From the human T2T-CHM13v2.0 reference genome, Homo sapiens, in assembly GCF_009914755.1 (NCBI RefSeq), contig NC_060933.1: DNA of 64,000 nucleotides. One strand, given 5' to 3'. A program made the position numbers and the translations under genes. Under the pieces are notes generated by a model. The model saw only the letters and a list, made by a program, of their open reading frames with translations. It had not been told where the DNA came from and searched no databases. Below, one piece after another: positions 1 to 26,646 of the stretch; the first letter of the stretch is position 1; each line of letters starts with the position of its first letter.

Positions 1-75
1 CTGGTGCGGTGGCTCACGCCTGTAATCCCAGCACTTTGGGAGGCCAAGGTGGGTGGATAACAAGGTCAGGTGTTA

Positions 76-303
<228 letters not shown>

Positions 304-1195
304 TCATACTTTCGAGGAAAATAAATCATGTCAGTGTGGCTAGACCAAGATAAGAAGTGTGCTATAGGAAGACGACTGACAGCACCCAGACTACACGTCA
401 TGTTTGCCTCCTGCCTCTACCATGAGTTTGTGCTCAGGTTCCAAGGATAATCCATATCGTTTGCAAAGGGTTTTATCATTCATGCTTTCATATTGGCTAT
501 CTTTTTTTTTTTTTTTTTTTTTTTTAGAAACAGTGTCTCACTCTGTCACCCAGGCTGGAATGCAGAAGCACAATCATGGCTCACTGCAGCCTCGACCTCC
601 TGGGCTGTAGCTGTCCTCCCACTTCAGCCTCCCAAGTAGCTGGTACTGAAGGCATGTACTACCACACCTAGCTAATTTACATTTTATTTTTGTATATGTG
701 TATATATTTTTTGACAGCATCTCGCTATGTTGCTGGTGCTGGTCTTAAACTCCTGGGTTCAAGCAACCCTCCTGCCTCAGCCTCCCAAAGTATTATGATT
801 ACAGGCAATAACATAATTTCTAATAGCTAAAGGCCACATCCTCAGGATAACCCTATCCCCTCTTAAAGTGCCTGCCTACAAAAACTCAAGGCCAGGAGTT
901 GGAGACCAGCCTGGACAATATAGTGAGACCCTGTCTCTATTTATTTAAAAAAAATGTGGCTGGGTGTGGTGGCTCACATCTGTAATCCTAGCACTTTGGG
1001 AGGCCTAGGCAGGTGGATCACTTTAGGAGCTTCAGGAGTTTCAGACCAGCCTGGCCAACATGGTTAAACCCTGACTCTACTGAAAATACAAAAATTAGCC
1101 GGGTGTAATGGCACAGGCCTGTAACCCCAGCTACTCAGGGTACTGAGGCAGTAGAATCACTTGAACCCAGGAGGCAGAGGATGCAGTGAGCTGAT

Positions 1196-3325
<2,130 letters not shown>

Positions 3326-3456
3326 TTTTTTTTTTTTTTTTTTTGAGACAGGGTCTTGCTCTGTCACCCAGGCTGGAGTGCAGTGGCATGATCACAGTTC
3401 ACTGTATTCTCAACTTCCTGGGCTCAAGCATCCTCCTGCCTCACCATCCTTGGTAG

Positions 3457-3741
<285 letters not shown>

Positions 3742-6700
3742 TAGTAGAGACGGGGTTTCACTGTGTTAGCCAGGATGGTCTCGATCTCCTGACCTCGTGA
3801 TCCATCTGCCTCGGCCTCCCAAAGTGCTGGGATTACAGGCGTGAGCCACTGCGCCCAGCCACCCTGCCCCTTCTGAGTTGGGATGGGATCTCCCTGATCT
3901 GCTGTAGCTGCCCAAACCACAGCTGCAGAGCCAGGCCTCCTGTTCTATGGAGCAGGCAGGAGCCATGCCCTTCTGGGCGGGGCTACAGCCACCCAAACTG
4001 CAGCTGTGGATCTGAGCCTCCCTGTGCTCTTGCGGGAGGCGGGAACAGGCAGGATCTGCCCTACCTGGTGCAGCTGTAGCCATTGCACCCGGGGCTGCAG
4101 ACCTGGGCCTCCTGTTCCAGGAAGCAGGCATGAGCTGGCGACTAGTGGGAGCCCCGCCCCTTCCAGGTTGGCAGGGCAGGAGCTCCTGGTGTGGGTGTTG
4201 CTGCCCTCCCAGGCAGAGGACCTGGGTGTCTCTGTAGTCTGCATCCTCGGGGGCCCCAGGAAGGACCCCCATCCTTGTGGGTTCAGGGGTTTCTGCTCCC
4301 ATTTCCTGGCCTCTCTCCCCTCCTGGCTCCTGCTCCCATCTTGGAGTGGGGGTTGGGGTCGAGCCCTGGGGCCATGAATGGCAGTGGGAAGCAGATTGAT
4401 TCCTGAGTGGAAGGGGATGGGTCCCCAGTAAGGCCCTACCTTCAGACCAGGGAGGACCCGAAAACGGGGCCGTGCCGCCAGTCCCACAGACCAGAGTGGA
4501 GGCACGTGGTGCCATTTCTGGGCCACCCGTGGCTGCTCATGGTCACCTGTGGACCAATTGGCAGGCATTTCCTCCTCTCTGAGATCCATAAAAGCCCTGG
4601 GCTCAGACAGAGCAGGGCAGAGGACTGCCAGAGGACAAAGAGGGCAGAGAGACAATAGGATGGGAGGACCTGCTGCAGTGAGGAGCTACTGTCTCTGCTG
4701 AGAACTTCAGAGACTGAGAGACATCCAAATGACTTGCCTGCAAAGAGGAGCCACCTGTTCCAGGGCCTCACCTCTGCTGAGAGCTGAACACTCGTCAGGA
4801 CGACCTGCCTATAGAGAGGAGCTACTCACTCCTCTGAGCTGTTCCAACACTAAATAAAACTCTTCTTCTTCACCCTTCACTTATCTGTGTACCTCATTCT
4901 TTCTGTATGCAGGACAAGAACTCAGGCAAAGACACCACAGCCAAAGAGGTTTCCAGCCAGAAGAATTGACACCCTAGAGATTCTGTAAAATTTTGGGGGC
5001 TGTCTGGGGTCTGCAGAAGGGTGAAAAAAAGCAAATCTTTCTGTTCTTTTTTTCGGAGTCTCTAAACTCCACAATAGTCAAAATGAAAGAAAAATACCGG
5101 GCCTCTGCTAGCCAGTTAAAAGTGACTAGTGTGGCTGGTGGAGGACAGGCTTGCTGGGGAGGACAGTGTCAATCCCCATTCACCCTCGGTTGTGGGAATG
5201 TTGGCTTTCATTCCAACATAGTTTCCCTTCACAGAGGTCTAGCTGTTGCGTGGGACCAGAAGGAGGCCGTGGGGTAACTGAGGGTATCTGGCTGAGGCTA
5301 CACCTCGGTGTTATCCAAATGCCCCTGGACTGACTCCAGTCCCTGACCACCCATTAGGGTGTTGGCACTAGGACCTCCAGTCTTTCCTATCATTCTTTCT
5401 TTCTTTGGGGTTTCCTCTCTTATACACAATGTTAAATGTTAAAAATGTTGCAAACCAGAAATATTACTGGGCAGAATGAGCATTTTGCTTAGTCATCAAA
5501 AGTATAAAGTGGAAGGTTTAGAGTAGCACAGATGAAGCAAAGTGTGCCTTCGTATCTGTAAGTAAATTTGTGGTGAAAATGTTCTTGTAATTTACTTGGT
5601 TGCCAACTTAGCACCTTGAGGCACAGAAAAGAACCATTGCCTTAGGAAGGAAGCTTTTCTGTAAACATGAGGGCAAATGGTCCAAGGTCCCTTATGTGCA
5701 GGCCTTCTTTCCTTTGCAGACCATTACCAACATTGTAGCATTGATTCAGCCCCCCTAGTGGCCATCTTAGGAGAGACTTCAAGGGGTAATCCCAGAGAAC
5801 TGGGGAAGAAAACCCCAAAGTTACCACCAGCAGGGGAATCAATCCCCTCCACTCCTTCTCTCAAGCTTATCCCAGCCTAGGAATCTTGGTTTTAGGCAGG
5901 TCCCAGTCTCAACTGCCCCTACAACAGATGCCTGGTGAATATGGCCCCATTAAGATCCAAGTCCCCCTTTCTCTTCAGGGCTTATTGCAAATTAAGGGGG
6001 ATCTTGGCAGGTTTTCAGATGGCCCTTAAGGTTATATATAGGCCTTCCAGAGCTTAACCCAAGTATTTGAGCTCTCCTGGAAGGATCACCATGTTACTTT
6101 TCAATCAAACCCTGACCAATGCTGCAAAGCAGGCCATTCTTGGCAAGTGGCAAAAAATTTTGGGAATGAGCTTTACATCTTGCACAGGGCCAGGGAAGGG
6201 GAGGAGCCTTATCTAGTTGGAAGAATAGCACTAACATTGGAGGACCCTAAATGGGACCCCAATGATGAAATGGGAGAATGGAGGAAGAAACTCTTTCAGG
6301 CGTGCATACTTGTGGGCTTGCCTGGGAATGGGCCTAGGCCTTTCAATTGCAGTGGACTATCCATGGTAGATCAAGAATTGGGTGGGAGTCCCACTGCCTC
6401 CCTAGAAAGGCTAAGAGGGGTCTTGGTAAAACACACCTATCTCTTGATTCAATAGGGTGACAGCTGGTCCTAGGGGATGAGTTTATTACTTAGTCAGCCC
6501 CTGATATCAGGAGGAAACTGCAGAAAAGTCCATAAGACCGGGTAATACTTTAGAGGACCTCCTGAAAGTGGCCACCTTGGTCTTTTACAACAGAGATCAG
6601 GAAGCCCGAGAGCAAGGAGACACAAGAAAAAGGCAAAGGCTCTAATAGCCACCTTGCACAAACCTCAGAATTCCTAAGCTGTACCTGTTGGCTGCTGTAA

Positions 6701-8454
6701 ATGCAAACCACTGGAGGGCTAGCTGTCCCTGAGACATGGGCTGCCAGGTCCAGGGCCAGTCTCCCAAATGGTACAGTAGGGCTGATGGGTCCCAGGGTTC
6801 CTTTCCCTGACTTTGGTGATTCAGACTGCTATTGCCATCCTGGAGCCTCGGGTGATTTAGGGGATCGAGAGAAGGAGGATGGGCTTCCTCCTGGACTTGA
6901 GTGGGCCATTCAGGTCTCTTCTCCAATCTAGGCCCCTTCTCCAATATAGACCCCCTCCTCTGTTAGCATGACTGTGAGGGTCATCTCAGGAAAAGCCCAG
7001 CCTCTTAATTGTCGCCTTCTTAGGCTAGGTCCCCAATTCCTGGGACTCCCTTTATCTCCCTTGTTTCAGGAGGACCTGGCCCCACAGCTTCACCTGCTGT
7101 TGATAGGCAGGCAACAGAGGAGCAGCTCCTGGCAGTTGCTAGCTGCAATTTGGTGAGGACCATCTGGGACTAATTTAAAGGATTCATCCACCCTCCTTTT
7201 TTGGCACCTTTTTGTCCCAAGCTTCAGTTTGAAACCCTGGAATGGAATACTAGACCTGAGGTAGATGACAGTGGGAGTTGAGGGGCACAGTGCAGGTGAG
7301 TATGACTAATTCCCGCTAATTAGGTCCTCCCGTTTCATGGATGGAGGTCATGCTCGCATCCATGGCATAGATAAGGTCCAGGGAACTCAAAGGTTACTGA
7401 CAGTGGAAGGCTTAGGCTCTGCTCAGGTGAGTGTGAATATTCCTGTTGGCTATGCCTCCCACTTCATGGATGAAGGTCACACTTGCACCCATGGTTGGGA
7501 CTTGAACAGGTTGCCAGGACTCAGGTATATAAGCTTGAAAAAAGAAAGAGGAATGCCTTTTCTGCTCTGTGTCACGTACCCCGGGTATTCACTGGGAAGA
7601 GAGAGGAACAAAGGATGCCTTTTTCCCCTCTTTCCAGATGGGTAACCAACCAATCATTTTCAGCCTGCACTCCGTGGGCACATCCTAAATCACTGAACAG
7701 GACTTTAGAGTCAGTAGGGCTCCATGGCTTGGGGGAAGGGAACCCAGAAGTCTGAATGCCAGCAAAAGGGTAAAAATTCTTACCAGTTGGACTTCTGGCT
7801 TCTCTGTGGGCAAACTGGTTGCAGGAATGATAAAAATCACTATATTCTCTACCCCTCCATGAGTTCAAAAGCCAGAAGTGTTGGCCTTTGTGGCATGGCT
7901 GAAGTTGGGTAATAAGAGACTTAGGACTTCTTAAGAAAGGAGTGTTAGTTAAGTCAGCTTAATTAAAAGTCAGCTTAATTAAAAGTAGATGTCCATGGAT
8001 ATCCAAGCTATAGGTATATGTAAAAGGCCTTTATGTCTTTTCCCTTCGTGGATCTTGTTTTTGGGAAAAGGTTTTTTCTTCTCAGTCAACTGAATTCTCC
8101 ATTTGTGTCTTGCCACTCTTTATGTGCAACATGAGGGGCCCCAACTTAACCTCAGATGGCCTAGGACTCCTTGGGAAAATGGAGGAGGTGCCACTGACCT
8201 GTTTTTGGGAAAAACCTCTGTTTTCCTGATAGAGCCTCAGAGATTAGAGGTGGATGGATCCCTCTCAATTTTTTTTTTTAATCTTCCAGCTATGCCTACT
8301 TATTAGACCACAGAAACTATGTTTTCCTGGCCCTGGTTCTTGAAGGGCTCCACCCCAGGGCCAGCAATGCAATTAAGAGATTGGCACATGAGGCCGGCCG
8401 CAGTGGCTTACGCCTGTAATCCCAGCACTTTTGGAGGCCGTGGTGGGTGGATCA

Positions 8455-8774
<320 letters not shown>

Positions 8775-8882
8775 TTACATAAAAGAGCTCTAACTGATTG
8801 GCTTAAAGAAAAATAGCACTGTTGGGCACGATGGTTCATGCCTGTAATCCCAGCACTTTGGGAGGCTGAGGCGGGCAGATCA

Positions 8883-9284
<402 letters not shown>

Positions 9285-9291
9285 TTAGCTA

Positions 9292-9507
<216 letters not shown>

Positions 9508-10689
9508 TTAGTTCATGGCTATCACTCTAGTGGAATGGAAAGCATGGGAAAGTGTGGCCTTGTAAGGCTCATAGTTAGGCCATTGCCTTTGGGGGGAAAA
9601 CATAAAGTGGCACCGGTGCCCACCTAAGGTCAGAGATATCTGACACTCCAAGATTGGATCCCAAAGGGGGACGCCCCACGGGATCCTCCAGACATCGCCC
9701 TCTCCAAAGAGGATGCCCTTGGCAAAGATTCTGAGGTCTAGTACTGAACCCTCCTTAGACTTTTCTCTCACAGTTGCAATACTGCTTGGCCCCCAGTATT
9801 GTATGGAATCTGAAGGTTACTGTTGAATGGGAAAGTGGGATGGCATTACATGTATACAGGCTTTTGTGCTGTTGTTCTAAGCAGGGGGCCTGGTTAATGT
9901 GTGATGTTCTCCTTTGGTGCTCTTTGGTCCAAGTATTCTTTGGAGTCTGGGGAGGTTTGGCCTTTACATCAAATTACCATGGAAACTGCTTTACCCGAAA
10001 TTTTGGTTCACAGCCTTCATTGGATTATCTACGAGGGCAAACAAAGTAAAACTTGTGAGCTTGTATTGCTATCTCATGGCTAGGGTTCCATGGATCCAAA
10101 CTAAGCTATTGGATCTTAGTTTGTGTGTGTAAATACAGGTCTAGGTGTGTTTATTTGTATGTACACTTATAAGCATATAAGTAAAAGAGAGCTCATAAAT
10201 TAGAGAAGTCCTTCAAAATTGTCAGCATACATTTTTTCTAGATTTTATATTTGTCTACCATTATAATATGTAATGGAGACTACTGAAAATAGATTTTCAT
10301 GCAAGGCATAAGCAAAGTAACATGTGTCTTTAGTAAAAAAATATAAGAAGGCATGCGAACGTAAATTTTTGCCTAGTTTAAAGGGTTAAAGAATTGTTTA
10401 AGTTAGATAAGATAAAGCTAAAAGTTCAAACAAGTTATAGAAGGTTTATAAAAATTAATCTTGTAAAAGGAATCTTGTATGTGAACACATTGACTAAATT
10501 CAAAGGGGTATTATTTGGTTTCTCCATAAATTGAACACTGGAATAAAAGCACATGGTTTTCTTGAAGCACTGACATGCTCTTTATTATTTATTTATTTAT
10601 TTATTTTTAAAAGTATTTATTCAGGACTCAAAAATGTGTAAATTTTGTTTATACTTGAATATAATTTTTATTATTATAAAAATAAACCT

Positions 10690-10920
10690 GTAGTCAATAA
10701 CAATTTAATTATACATTTGAAATTATCTAAAACTGTAGAACTGAATTGTTCATTATACAAAAAATAAATTCTAGAGGTGATGGATACATCATTTATCCTA
10801 ATGTGATTATTAGTATAAATTATATATTGTATGCCTCTCTATCAGAATATGCCATATATAACATAAATATTATGTGCCCTCAAAAAAACATTAACAAAAG
10901 TAAATTTAAATGGGAAAAAA
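10690..10920 (+). mobile_element. Old L1 (L1MA/L1PB-type) 3'-end fragment within the retrocopy 3' UTR
   Basis: tagtcaataacaatttaatt...gaggtgatggatacatc...tcctaatgtgattatt resembles an L1M 3' UTR end. Confidence 0.55.
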
Positions 10921-11462
10921 ATAAAAATTTTACCTACAGAAACAATATTCCTTAACTTATTTGCAGTTTAAAGCCACTGGCAAAAAAGATTACTAGAGAC
11001 GTTAGTCCATTATTTTACCAAATAGTGTACTGTTACCATCTTTTACCTACACCCTTAAGTAAGGTGGACTAGGTTAAATTAAGTGGAATAATGTGACTTG
11101 ATTGAATGCACAATATTTAACATGTTAAAAATGTTGAATTAAGAAATTTTCACACATAATATAAAATTTTTAACATGTATTGCATTTTGTTTCATAAAAG
11201 TACAATTAGTAAAATAATATCTTATTTTAATTTTAACTAAAACTAAAAATATTTGTCTCAATATAATGCAGAATATTACTCTGAATACCTACCTCATGCA
11301 TCACTCAATACTGTAAGTGAACCACAAAGAACCTCTTAAGATTTTCATCATGCATCTTACATTTTAATGTCATTACTCTTTCATAGAAGAGGTCATAAAT
11401 ACTCACCTAAAAAAAAAACCTCTCATATCTTTGATGCAGCAACAATTGGTCATACGCTTTCA

Positions 11463-11669
<207 letters not shown>

Positions 11670-12585
11670 TCAGGAGGCTGAGGCAGGAGAATCACTTGAA
11701 CACTGGAGACGGAGGTTGCAGTGAGCCGAGAAAGCACCACTGCACTCCAGCCTGGGCGACAGAGTGGGGTTCTGTCTTAAAAGAAAAAAAAAATGAAATT
11801 AATTAATTTATTTAGCATGAAGTAATTTGAGTTAATTACAACATTATTTACATGAAGTAATTTGAGAGTTAATTACATTACTTTTTTAAAAATCTGTAAG
11901 CTTTCCAAAAAAAGTATACTTGTAATGTAATTATAACTCTCCAAAAAATCTTCTACCCTTTTAAAGCTATATACAAATAATTTTTCTACCAACTTTAGTT
12001 TTGGATTATTTTCTAAACTCAGAACTCTGATTTAGTGTAAAATCTGAAGTGTCAGTGCCTTATATATTTCTAATGTAAATTCTCTGATATTTACATAGAC
12101 TTAATTTTGGATTAAATTTTTTTTCCTATTTACTGCATATGCAAAAATATATTTTACTATGAACTCTCTGGAGTTTTCTAACCTGTAGTTTTTGAATAAA
12201 TGTTTTTTTCTAAATTTATTACATTTACAGGGTTTTTCTTCGATATAAATTCTCTGATGTTGAACAAAGTTTGAGTAATTGCTTCAGGGTTTGCCTCTAG
12301 TACAAAGTGAATACAACAAGATCTGTGTTACAAGTAAAGTTACTAAAACTGTCTTTATATTTGTAATGTTTGTCTTCAAAATAAATCCTCTTCAGCACTT
12401 TAAAGGCTTACATTTTCTCAAGAGTCTTTTGACAGTAATTGCACTTTTAATGCTATTAAGTATAAACTCTCTGATGTTGAATAAGATGTGCGCAGATATT
12501 AATCACTTTTTTACTTTCTTTATATTTGTACATTTGTTCTCAAGTATAAAGGGTTTCCTGTGCAATAAGGTGTGAGCATTGTTTA

Positions 12586-12681
<96 letters not shown>

Positions 12682-12696
12682 TTATTCATATTTCTA

Positions 12697-14441
<1,745 letters not shown>

Positions 14442-14444
14442 TCA

Positions 14445-14905
<461 letters not shown>

Positions 14906-16422
14906 CTATCGAAAAAATAGGGGAAGGACAAGGGACAGATTGTTTGGAAAACTACATCTTCACACTTGATGAGTGAAGATTTTTGCTTTAAAAAAATAAT
15001 TGAGTCATTTAAATGGATGACTTATGGCAACCCAAACTTCTATTAAGTGTTTTAAGCCTTTATAGCTTCAAAATTGTCTCTCCTAACCCCTGACTTTTGG
15101 ATGCAACAGAGGGCTCCTGGAGCATCCAGAGGAGAGGTAAACAGGATTATTTGACATGTTTAGTTACATAGGATTGTTGAAATAAGGTGGTGGTTGATCT
15201 TCAGGTTATATTTTAGTGAAAAATGTTAATGCATGTTCCATTATTGTATGGGATTTCTAGAGTTCTGATGTCTCAGTTTGTGTTATCAATCATAATTAGG
15301 GTTATTGTGTTAGATTATTATAAATCACAGAGATGACCAATTTTTTTTTGTCAATTGTGTTTTTTGACTGTAATTACCCAGGATATTTTGACAGTCATAG
15401 ACAATTGTTTTGTGTGATCCTCTTTAAAGGGTGGATTATAACCCTTGAGTGCAGGTTTCTGGTAACTTTGGAGATTGTGATCGGGAGTTGACTGGGTGAA
15501 CTGTACTAATGGAAGACTAATCTTTTTTGACTTTTGCTTTTTGCTTGGAACACTGCTGATTCTTATGTTCTGTTTTTCATAATCAAGGAAGTTTTTCTTT
15601 TGAGCTATTTGTAGCTTTTAACAATTGTAGGGTGAACCAACCAGTGACCTCAGACTGCAGCTCAGAAGAAACAAGGGATGGGTCGTCAAACTCCAAATGG
15701 TCATAAAAATGGAGACTCGGACATTGGCTCCTTTGTACTGGGGACCCTTAGATAGGCCTCTGAGAGAGAAAACTGTCATTTTCCCAAAACAACTTCCCTT
15801 CTCAGCATGAAGCAGTTAACAGTGGCCATCATCCCTATACTAACAGCAGTTAGATATACCTCTTCAGAGGGGGGAATGATGGCAGTGGCTGCTGCCATCA
15901 TGCTGGCTGCAGCAGGGAAGCACGGCTGGGGCTACACACTCCATGGAGCCGGTGGAAGTCCTGACCTTCTGAGTTGGGATGGGAGCTCCCTGGTCTGCTG
16001 CAGCTGCCCAAACCACAGCTGCAGAGCCAGGGCTCCAGCTCTACGAGCACTGCTCAGTCTCAATCTCAACTGACTGCAATATCTGCCTCCTGGGTTCAAG
16101 AGATTCTCCTACCTCAGCTTCCCAAGTAGCTGGGATTACAGGCACCTGCTACCAAGCCTGGCTAATTTTTGTATTTTGAGTAGAGATGGAGTTTTGCTAT
16201 ACTGGCCAGGCCAGTCTCAAACTCCTGACCTCAGGTGATCCACCTACCTCAGCCTCCCCAAGTGCTGTGATTGCAGGTGTGAGCCACCGTGCCTTGCCAC
16301 AGAAGCAAAGATTATTCCATTTTGGGCTAGGTTTATAGTTTTGTAAACCCTATGCCAAATTTTGACACCTTACAGTATTTGGCAGGGATAAGTCTGAAAT
16401 TCCTTGATTAATAAATGCAAAC

Positions 16423-21812
<5,390 letters not shown>

Positions 21813-21887
21813 CAAACAAAAATGTATGCTGGCAATTCCTAAGACATTTCTAACATTAATGTAACAATAATTTTAAACCTAGCTCAG

Positions 21888-22648
21888 TGAGGACTAAATT
21901 CTGATTTTATATCTTGCTCAAATTCCTGTGTAAGGGGTCTGGGGAGTCATGCGCTACAAATAATAAATTATTAGATGGTTTTTACTTAACCCTATATATT
22001 GTGACTTACTTTCCAACCTGACTGTGGCATAACATTATGAGACAAGGAAGCAAAACAAAATATTTTACCTTAAATCATGTTTCTTTGCCATCTATTGAAA
22101 TGGCCTGCAAAGCTGTCCTTTGTGGGGTAAAATGTGCATATATAAAGAATCTCTATTAACATAGCTAAATCTTTTTCTTTCAGGCCCTCTCAATCCTAAA
22201 GAGATTAACTAAAAGTCTAGCACCCTTTGAAGATCTGAATTGGAAATATTTGTCATCTATTTTCTCTAAGGGCAGCCACTATAAGACTTCAAAAGAACCT
22301 TGGTCTCCACAGTGTTTTTTCTTAACCTAAATATTTCCTTTCTATGATCCCTGGTCTTTAGACAAACTCAACCAATTTTCAACCAGAAAATGTTTAAATT
22401 TACCTATAGTCTGGAAGCCCCCCTTTGAGTTGTTCCGTCTTTCTGGACCAAACCAATGTATTTCTTAAATGTATTTGATTGATGTCTCATGCCTCCCAAA
22501 AATTTATAAAACCAAGCTGCACCCCAACTACCTGGGGCTCATGTTCTCAAGACCTCCTGAGGGCTGTGTCATGGGCCATGGTTACTCATATTTGGCTTAG
22601 AATAAATCTCTTCAAATATTTTACAGAGTTTGATTTTTTTCATCAACA
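21888..22648 (+). mobile_element. MER4E-type solo LTR
   Basis: tgaggactaa...aaggggtctggggagtcatg...agaataaatctcttcaaatattttacagagtttg...tcaaca; 4-bp TSD tcag/ttag. Confidence 0.8.
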
Positions 22649-22870
22649 TTAGTAAAGATTTTACTTAAGTTATGTAAACTTGAAAAAGCATTTGACTATT
22701 TTATTTTTTCCTGAATAAGTGTTTGATTTAAGCACTTTTATTTTCTTACGCCAATTAATTAGAGCTCTTTTATATATTTTCAGTAGTGAAACATTGTGTA
22801 CACAACACATAAATACATAGACACATTAGGCATGCTGATAGAGGTACATCTTTTTTTTTTTTTTTTTTGA

Positions 22871-23029
<159 letters not shown>

Positions 23030-24513
23030 TAGTAGAGACAGGTTTCACCATGTTGTCCAGGCTGGTCTCGAACTCTTGACCTTAGGTGATCTGCCCACCT
23101 CGGCCTCCCAGAGTGTTGGGATTACAGGCGTGAACCACTGCACCTGGCCTAGAGGTACCTCTTATAGATTCATAAAAAACGTTTTTTTTCCTTAGGCTTT
23201 CAGATTCTTTTTTTCCCCTCCTCCCTCCCCGCTACTTTCAGATTCTTGATAACCTGTTTCACAACCCTAGGCAGTTGTCAGCTAAATAGCCTTAAATTTG
23301 CATATTAAAGAAAACAACTCAGGTGAACTCCAAACAGCAAAATTTACATTATAAAGTGTGGAGAGAAAAAGTCTGGTGTGCTAGACGGAAATTGAAACAG
23401 ATTTAATGGCCAATTAAACATAAAATTATAGAAATTATAAAAGCCTTTTAAATACACACACACACACATCCTATAGCTTTTACTTCAGAACTTTTAGCTA
23501 TGAGATAAATTCAAATTTACCGGTTTGCAAAAAGAACTTGTTGGATCTAAACTGTGGTTTTTATCTTAACAGAAAATAATGGCAGATTTAGAGCAGGCAG
23601 AAAAGAATAGAGAAAAGAGGTCTTAGGAACTCTATAATTAGTAGGTCGACCTTAGGGCTCTTTTTTCTTAATGTAAATGTGCACAAAGACCATATTTTTT
23701 CCATTTTACATAAACTTTGGCAGTAGAGGTGCCATAAAACCTACAGAGTGCTCAAAAGAGGGTCATTCTCCTTGTTTTCTTCTCATTCTTAGATTATTTG
23801 TTTTCCACTTCTTTTTTTCTTAAAAGGAGAAACTGAGCTGTGGCTTAGAGTTTCTGTGTGGTGGATCATCACGTGCTGCTTGTGGGCAGGACTCCACAAT
23901 GTGCCACCACTGAATGGTTTCCACCCTCTTACATGTCTCAGTTTCTCTCTCCAGAGGTTTATGACTTCTGAGAGGGCTCACAACACTGGGTGATCAGCCC
24001 TTCAATGTGTTTCCTGGATGAGCCAGTTTTTAAATTAAATATATATATATATATTTTTTTGAGACAAGGTCTTACTCTGTTGCCCCGGCTGGAGTGCAGT
24101 GGCATAATCTTGGTTCACTGCAACCTCCACTTTCTGGGTTCGGGCAATTCTTACGTCTCAGTCTCCTAAGCAACTGGGGTTACAGGCACGCACCACTACA
24201 CCTGGCTAATTTTTGTATTATTAGTAGAGATGCGGTTTTGCTATGTTTGTCAGGCTTGGTCTTGAACTCATGACCTCAAGTGATCTGCCTGCCTCGGCCT
24301 CCTGAAATGCTAGGATTATGTGTGTGTGACCGCACCTGGCCTAAATTAATTTTTGTTGGGGATTTCCCTGCAGGACCACTGCACATCGTTCGGGGTCAAC
24401 CTTTCAGACACTCCCACAAGGTCCCCAGTCACTCAGGGGCACCTTTCAGTTGGGAGGGGCAAATGCCCTTTCTTTTTGGAGCTGAGAAAACTCAGTCTCT
24501 GATATACCTATGA

Positions 24514-24753
<240 letters not shown>

Positions 24754-25219
24754 TAGCTGGGATTACAGGTGCACACCACCAGGCCCGGCTAATCTTGAAC
24801 TTGTGGGGTCAAGTGGTCCGCCCGCCTCAGCCTCCCAAAGTGCTGGGATTACAGGTGTGAACCACCGCACCTGGCCTAGAATTAGGATTCTTAAACAACG
24901 ACTTCCTAGGAGAGAAAATTAAAAAAAAAAAAAAAAAAAAAAAAGGAAACAGCCAAAACCACTTCCTATAAACTGTGCTCAGCCACCCGTAACTTTGTAG
25001 CTCTTTTCCAACAATATACACACCAAGGTCAAATCCTCTCACAGTGCAAGGTCATCTCTGGCACCCAAAGCCAAAAAGGTCAGGTCATGCAATACAGGAA
25101 AACAGAGCTTTAGACCTAAGAAGAATCTGCCCATGACTCTTGAAATCCCACAAAGCCAAGAGAACACCCCAAAAGGGGGTGAGTGGCACCTTTGTTCTAA
25201 ATTCTTTTTTTTTTTTTGA

Positions 25220-25327
<108 letters not shown>

Positions 25328-26408
25328 TAGCTGGGATTACAGGCACGTGCCACCATGCCTGGCTAACTTTTTTTGTATCTTTAGTCGAGACAGGGTTTCA
25401 TCATGTTGGCGAGGCTGAGTCTCGAACTCCTGACCTCGTGATCCGCCCACCTCGGCCTCCCAAAGTGCTGGGATTACAGGCGTGAACCATGGCGCCCGGC
25501 CTAAATTCTTTAAAGAGGTTCAAGTCATTAGAAGCCTTCTCTCGATTTTTTGGTAATGCAGATGGCAAAGGGTGAAGGAGGTATAGGGTGGAAGAAAAGT
25601 AAACAAAAGAACAATTGAATTTTTTTTTTTTTTTTTTTTAATTTGAGACAGAGTCTCACACTGTAGCTCAGGCTGGAGTGCAATGGCTCGATCTCCACTC
25701 ACTGCAACCTGCGCCTCCTGGTTCAAGCAATTCTCCTGCCTCAGCCTCCCGAGTAGCTGGGATTACAGGCACCCGCCACCATGCCCGGCTAATTTTTTTT
25801 GTATTTTCAGTAGAGACAGGGTTTCACTATGTTGGCCAGGCTGGCCTTGAACTCCTGACCTCGTGATCCGCCCGCCTCGGCCTCCCAAAGTGCTAGGATT
25901 ACAGGTGTGAGCCACCGCGCCCGGCCTAAGAACAGTTTAATTTTTAAGACCAGGAAGCAAACACAGAAACCAAATACATGGTTTTTTGTTTTCTGTTTGT
26001 TTTTTCTTTTGCAGCTGTGAGGAATTTTACTCAAATTAGATAGGCCTTGTTACCCATAATTTGGAATTCTCACTTGGATTTGACCAAGTGAAGTAGAGTT
26101 GGTCAATGGGAAAAAGACAAACAAAATAAAAAAAAACCCAACAATATGATCACTGAGCACTCTAATGGTAAGCAGAAATTAAGACCAGCTGGTTGTTAAC
26201 TTTAGCCAAGACAAAAATCCCTATTCAGCTACTTACCTAGGGGTGCGTCTCAGGCTGAAAACGGCTGTCTACCATCCCAGAAGTAGGAAAAAAACCCCTC
26301 ATCTTCCCTGTTGGAAGTGAGCTCAAACTCCATAAAAGAGTTACCTGCCTTCCCTCGTCATGGAAGCAGGAAAACTTGCCTTCCTTGTTGGAAGCAAGTA
26401 AAACTCCA

Positions 26409-26409
26409 A

Positions 26410-26443
<34 letters not shown>
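26409..26443. repeat. (AAT)n microsatellite
   Basis: About 11 perfect AAT units. Confidence 0.9.
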
Positions 26444-26646
26444 GAGGGAGTTGTACAACAAAATGAACTTTAGATCTCGACCAAATTTTGGGAGATCAGG
26501 GATTCTCTGGAGGGGGTGCTCCTAGACCTTAGCAAATTGTCCTGTTGGTTTGAGCCATGGAGTTAGCTCATGTTGGTACCAAGCATGGATAGGAGATTTG
26601 TCAAAGATCAGAGGTATCTCCACTCACAATCCCTCCGTGGTTACCA

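Noticed and set aside
3766-4771. Overlapping 249-aa and 236-aa ORFs
   Set aside because: Lie in the GC-rich MER52 LTR and run into an Alu; no recognisable domain.
7951-7986. 16-bp duplication aagtcagcttaattaa
   Set aside because: Ordinary slippage duplication within ERV internal sequence.
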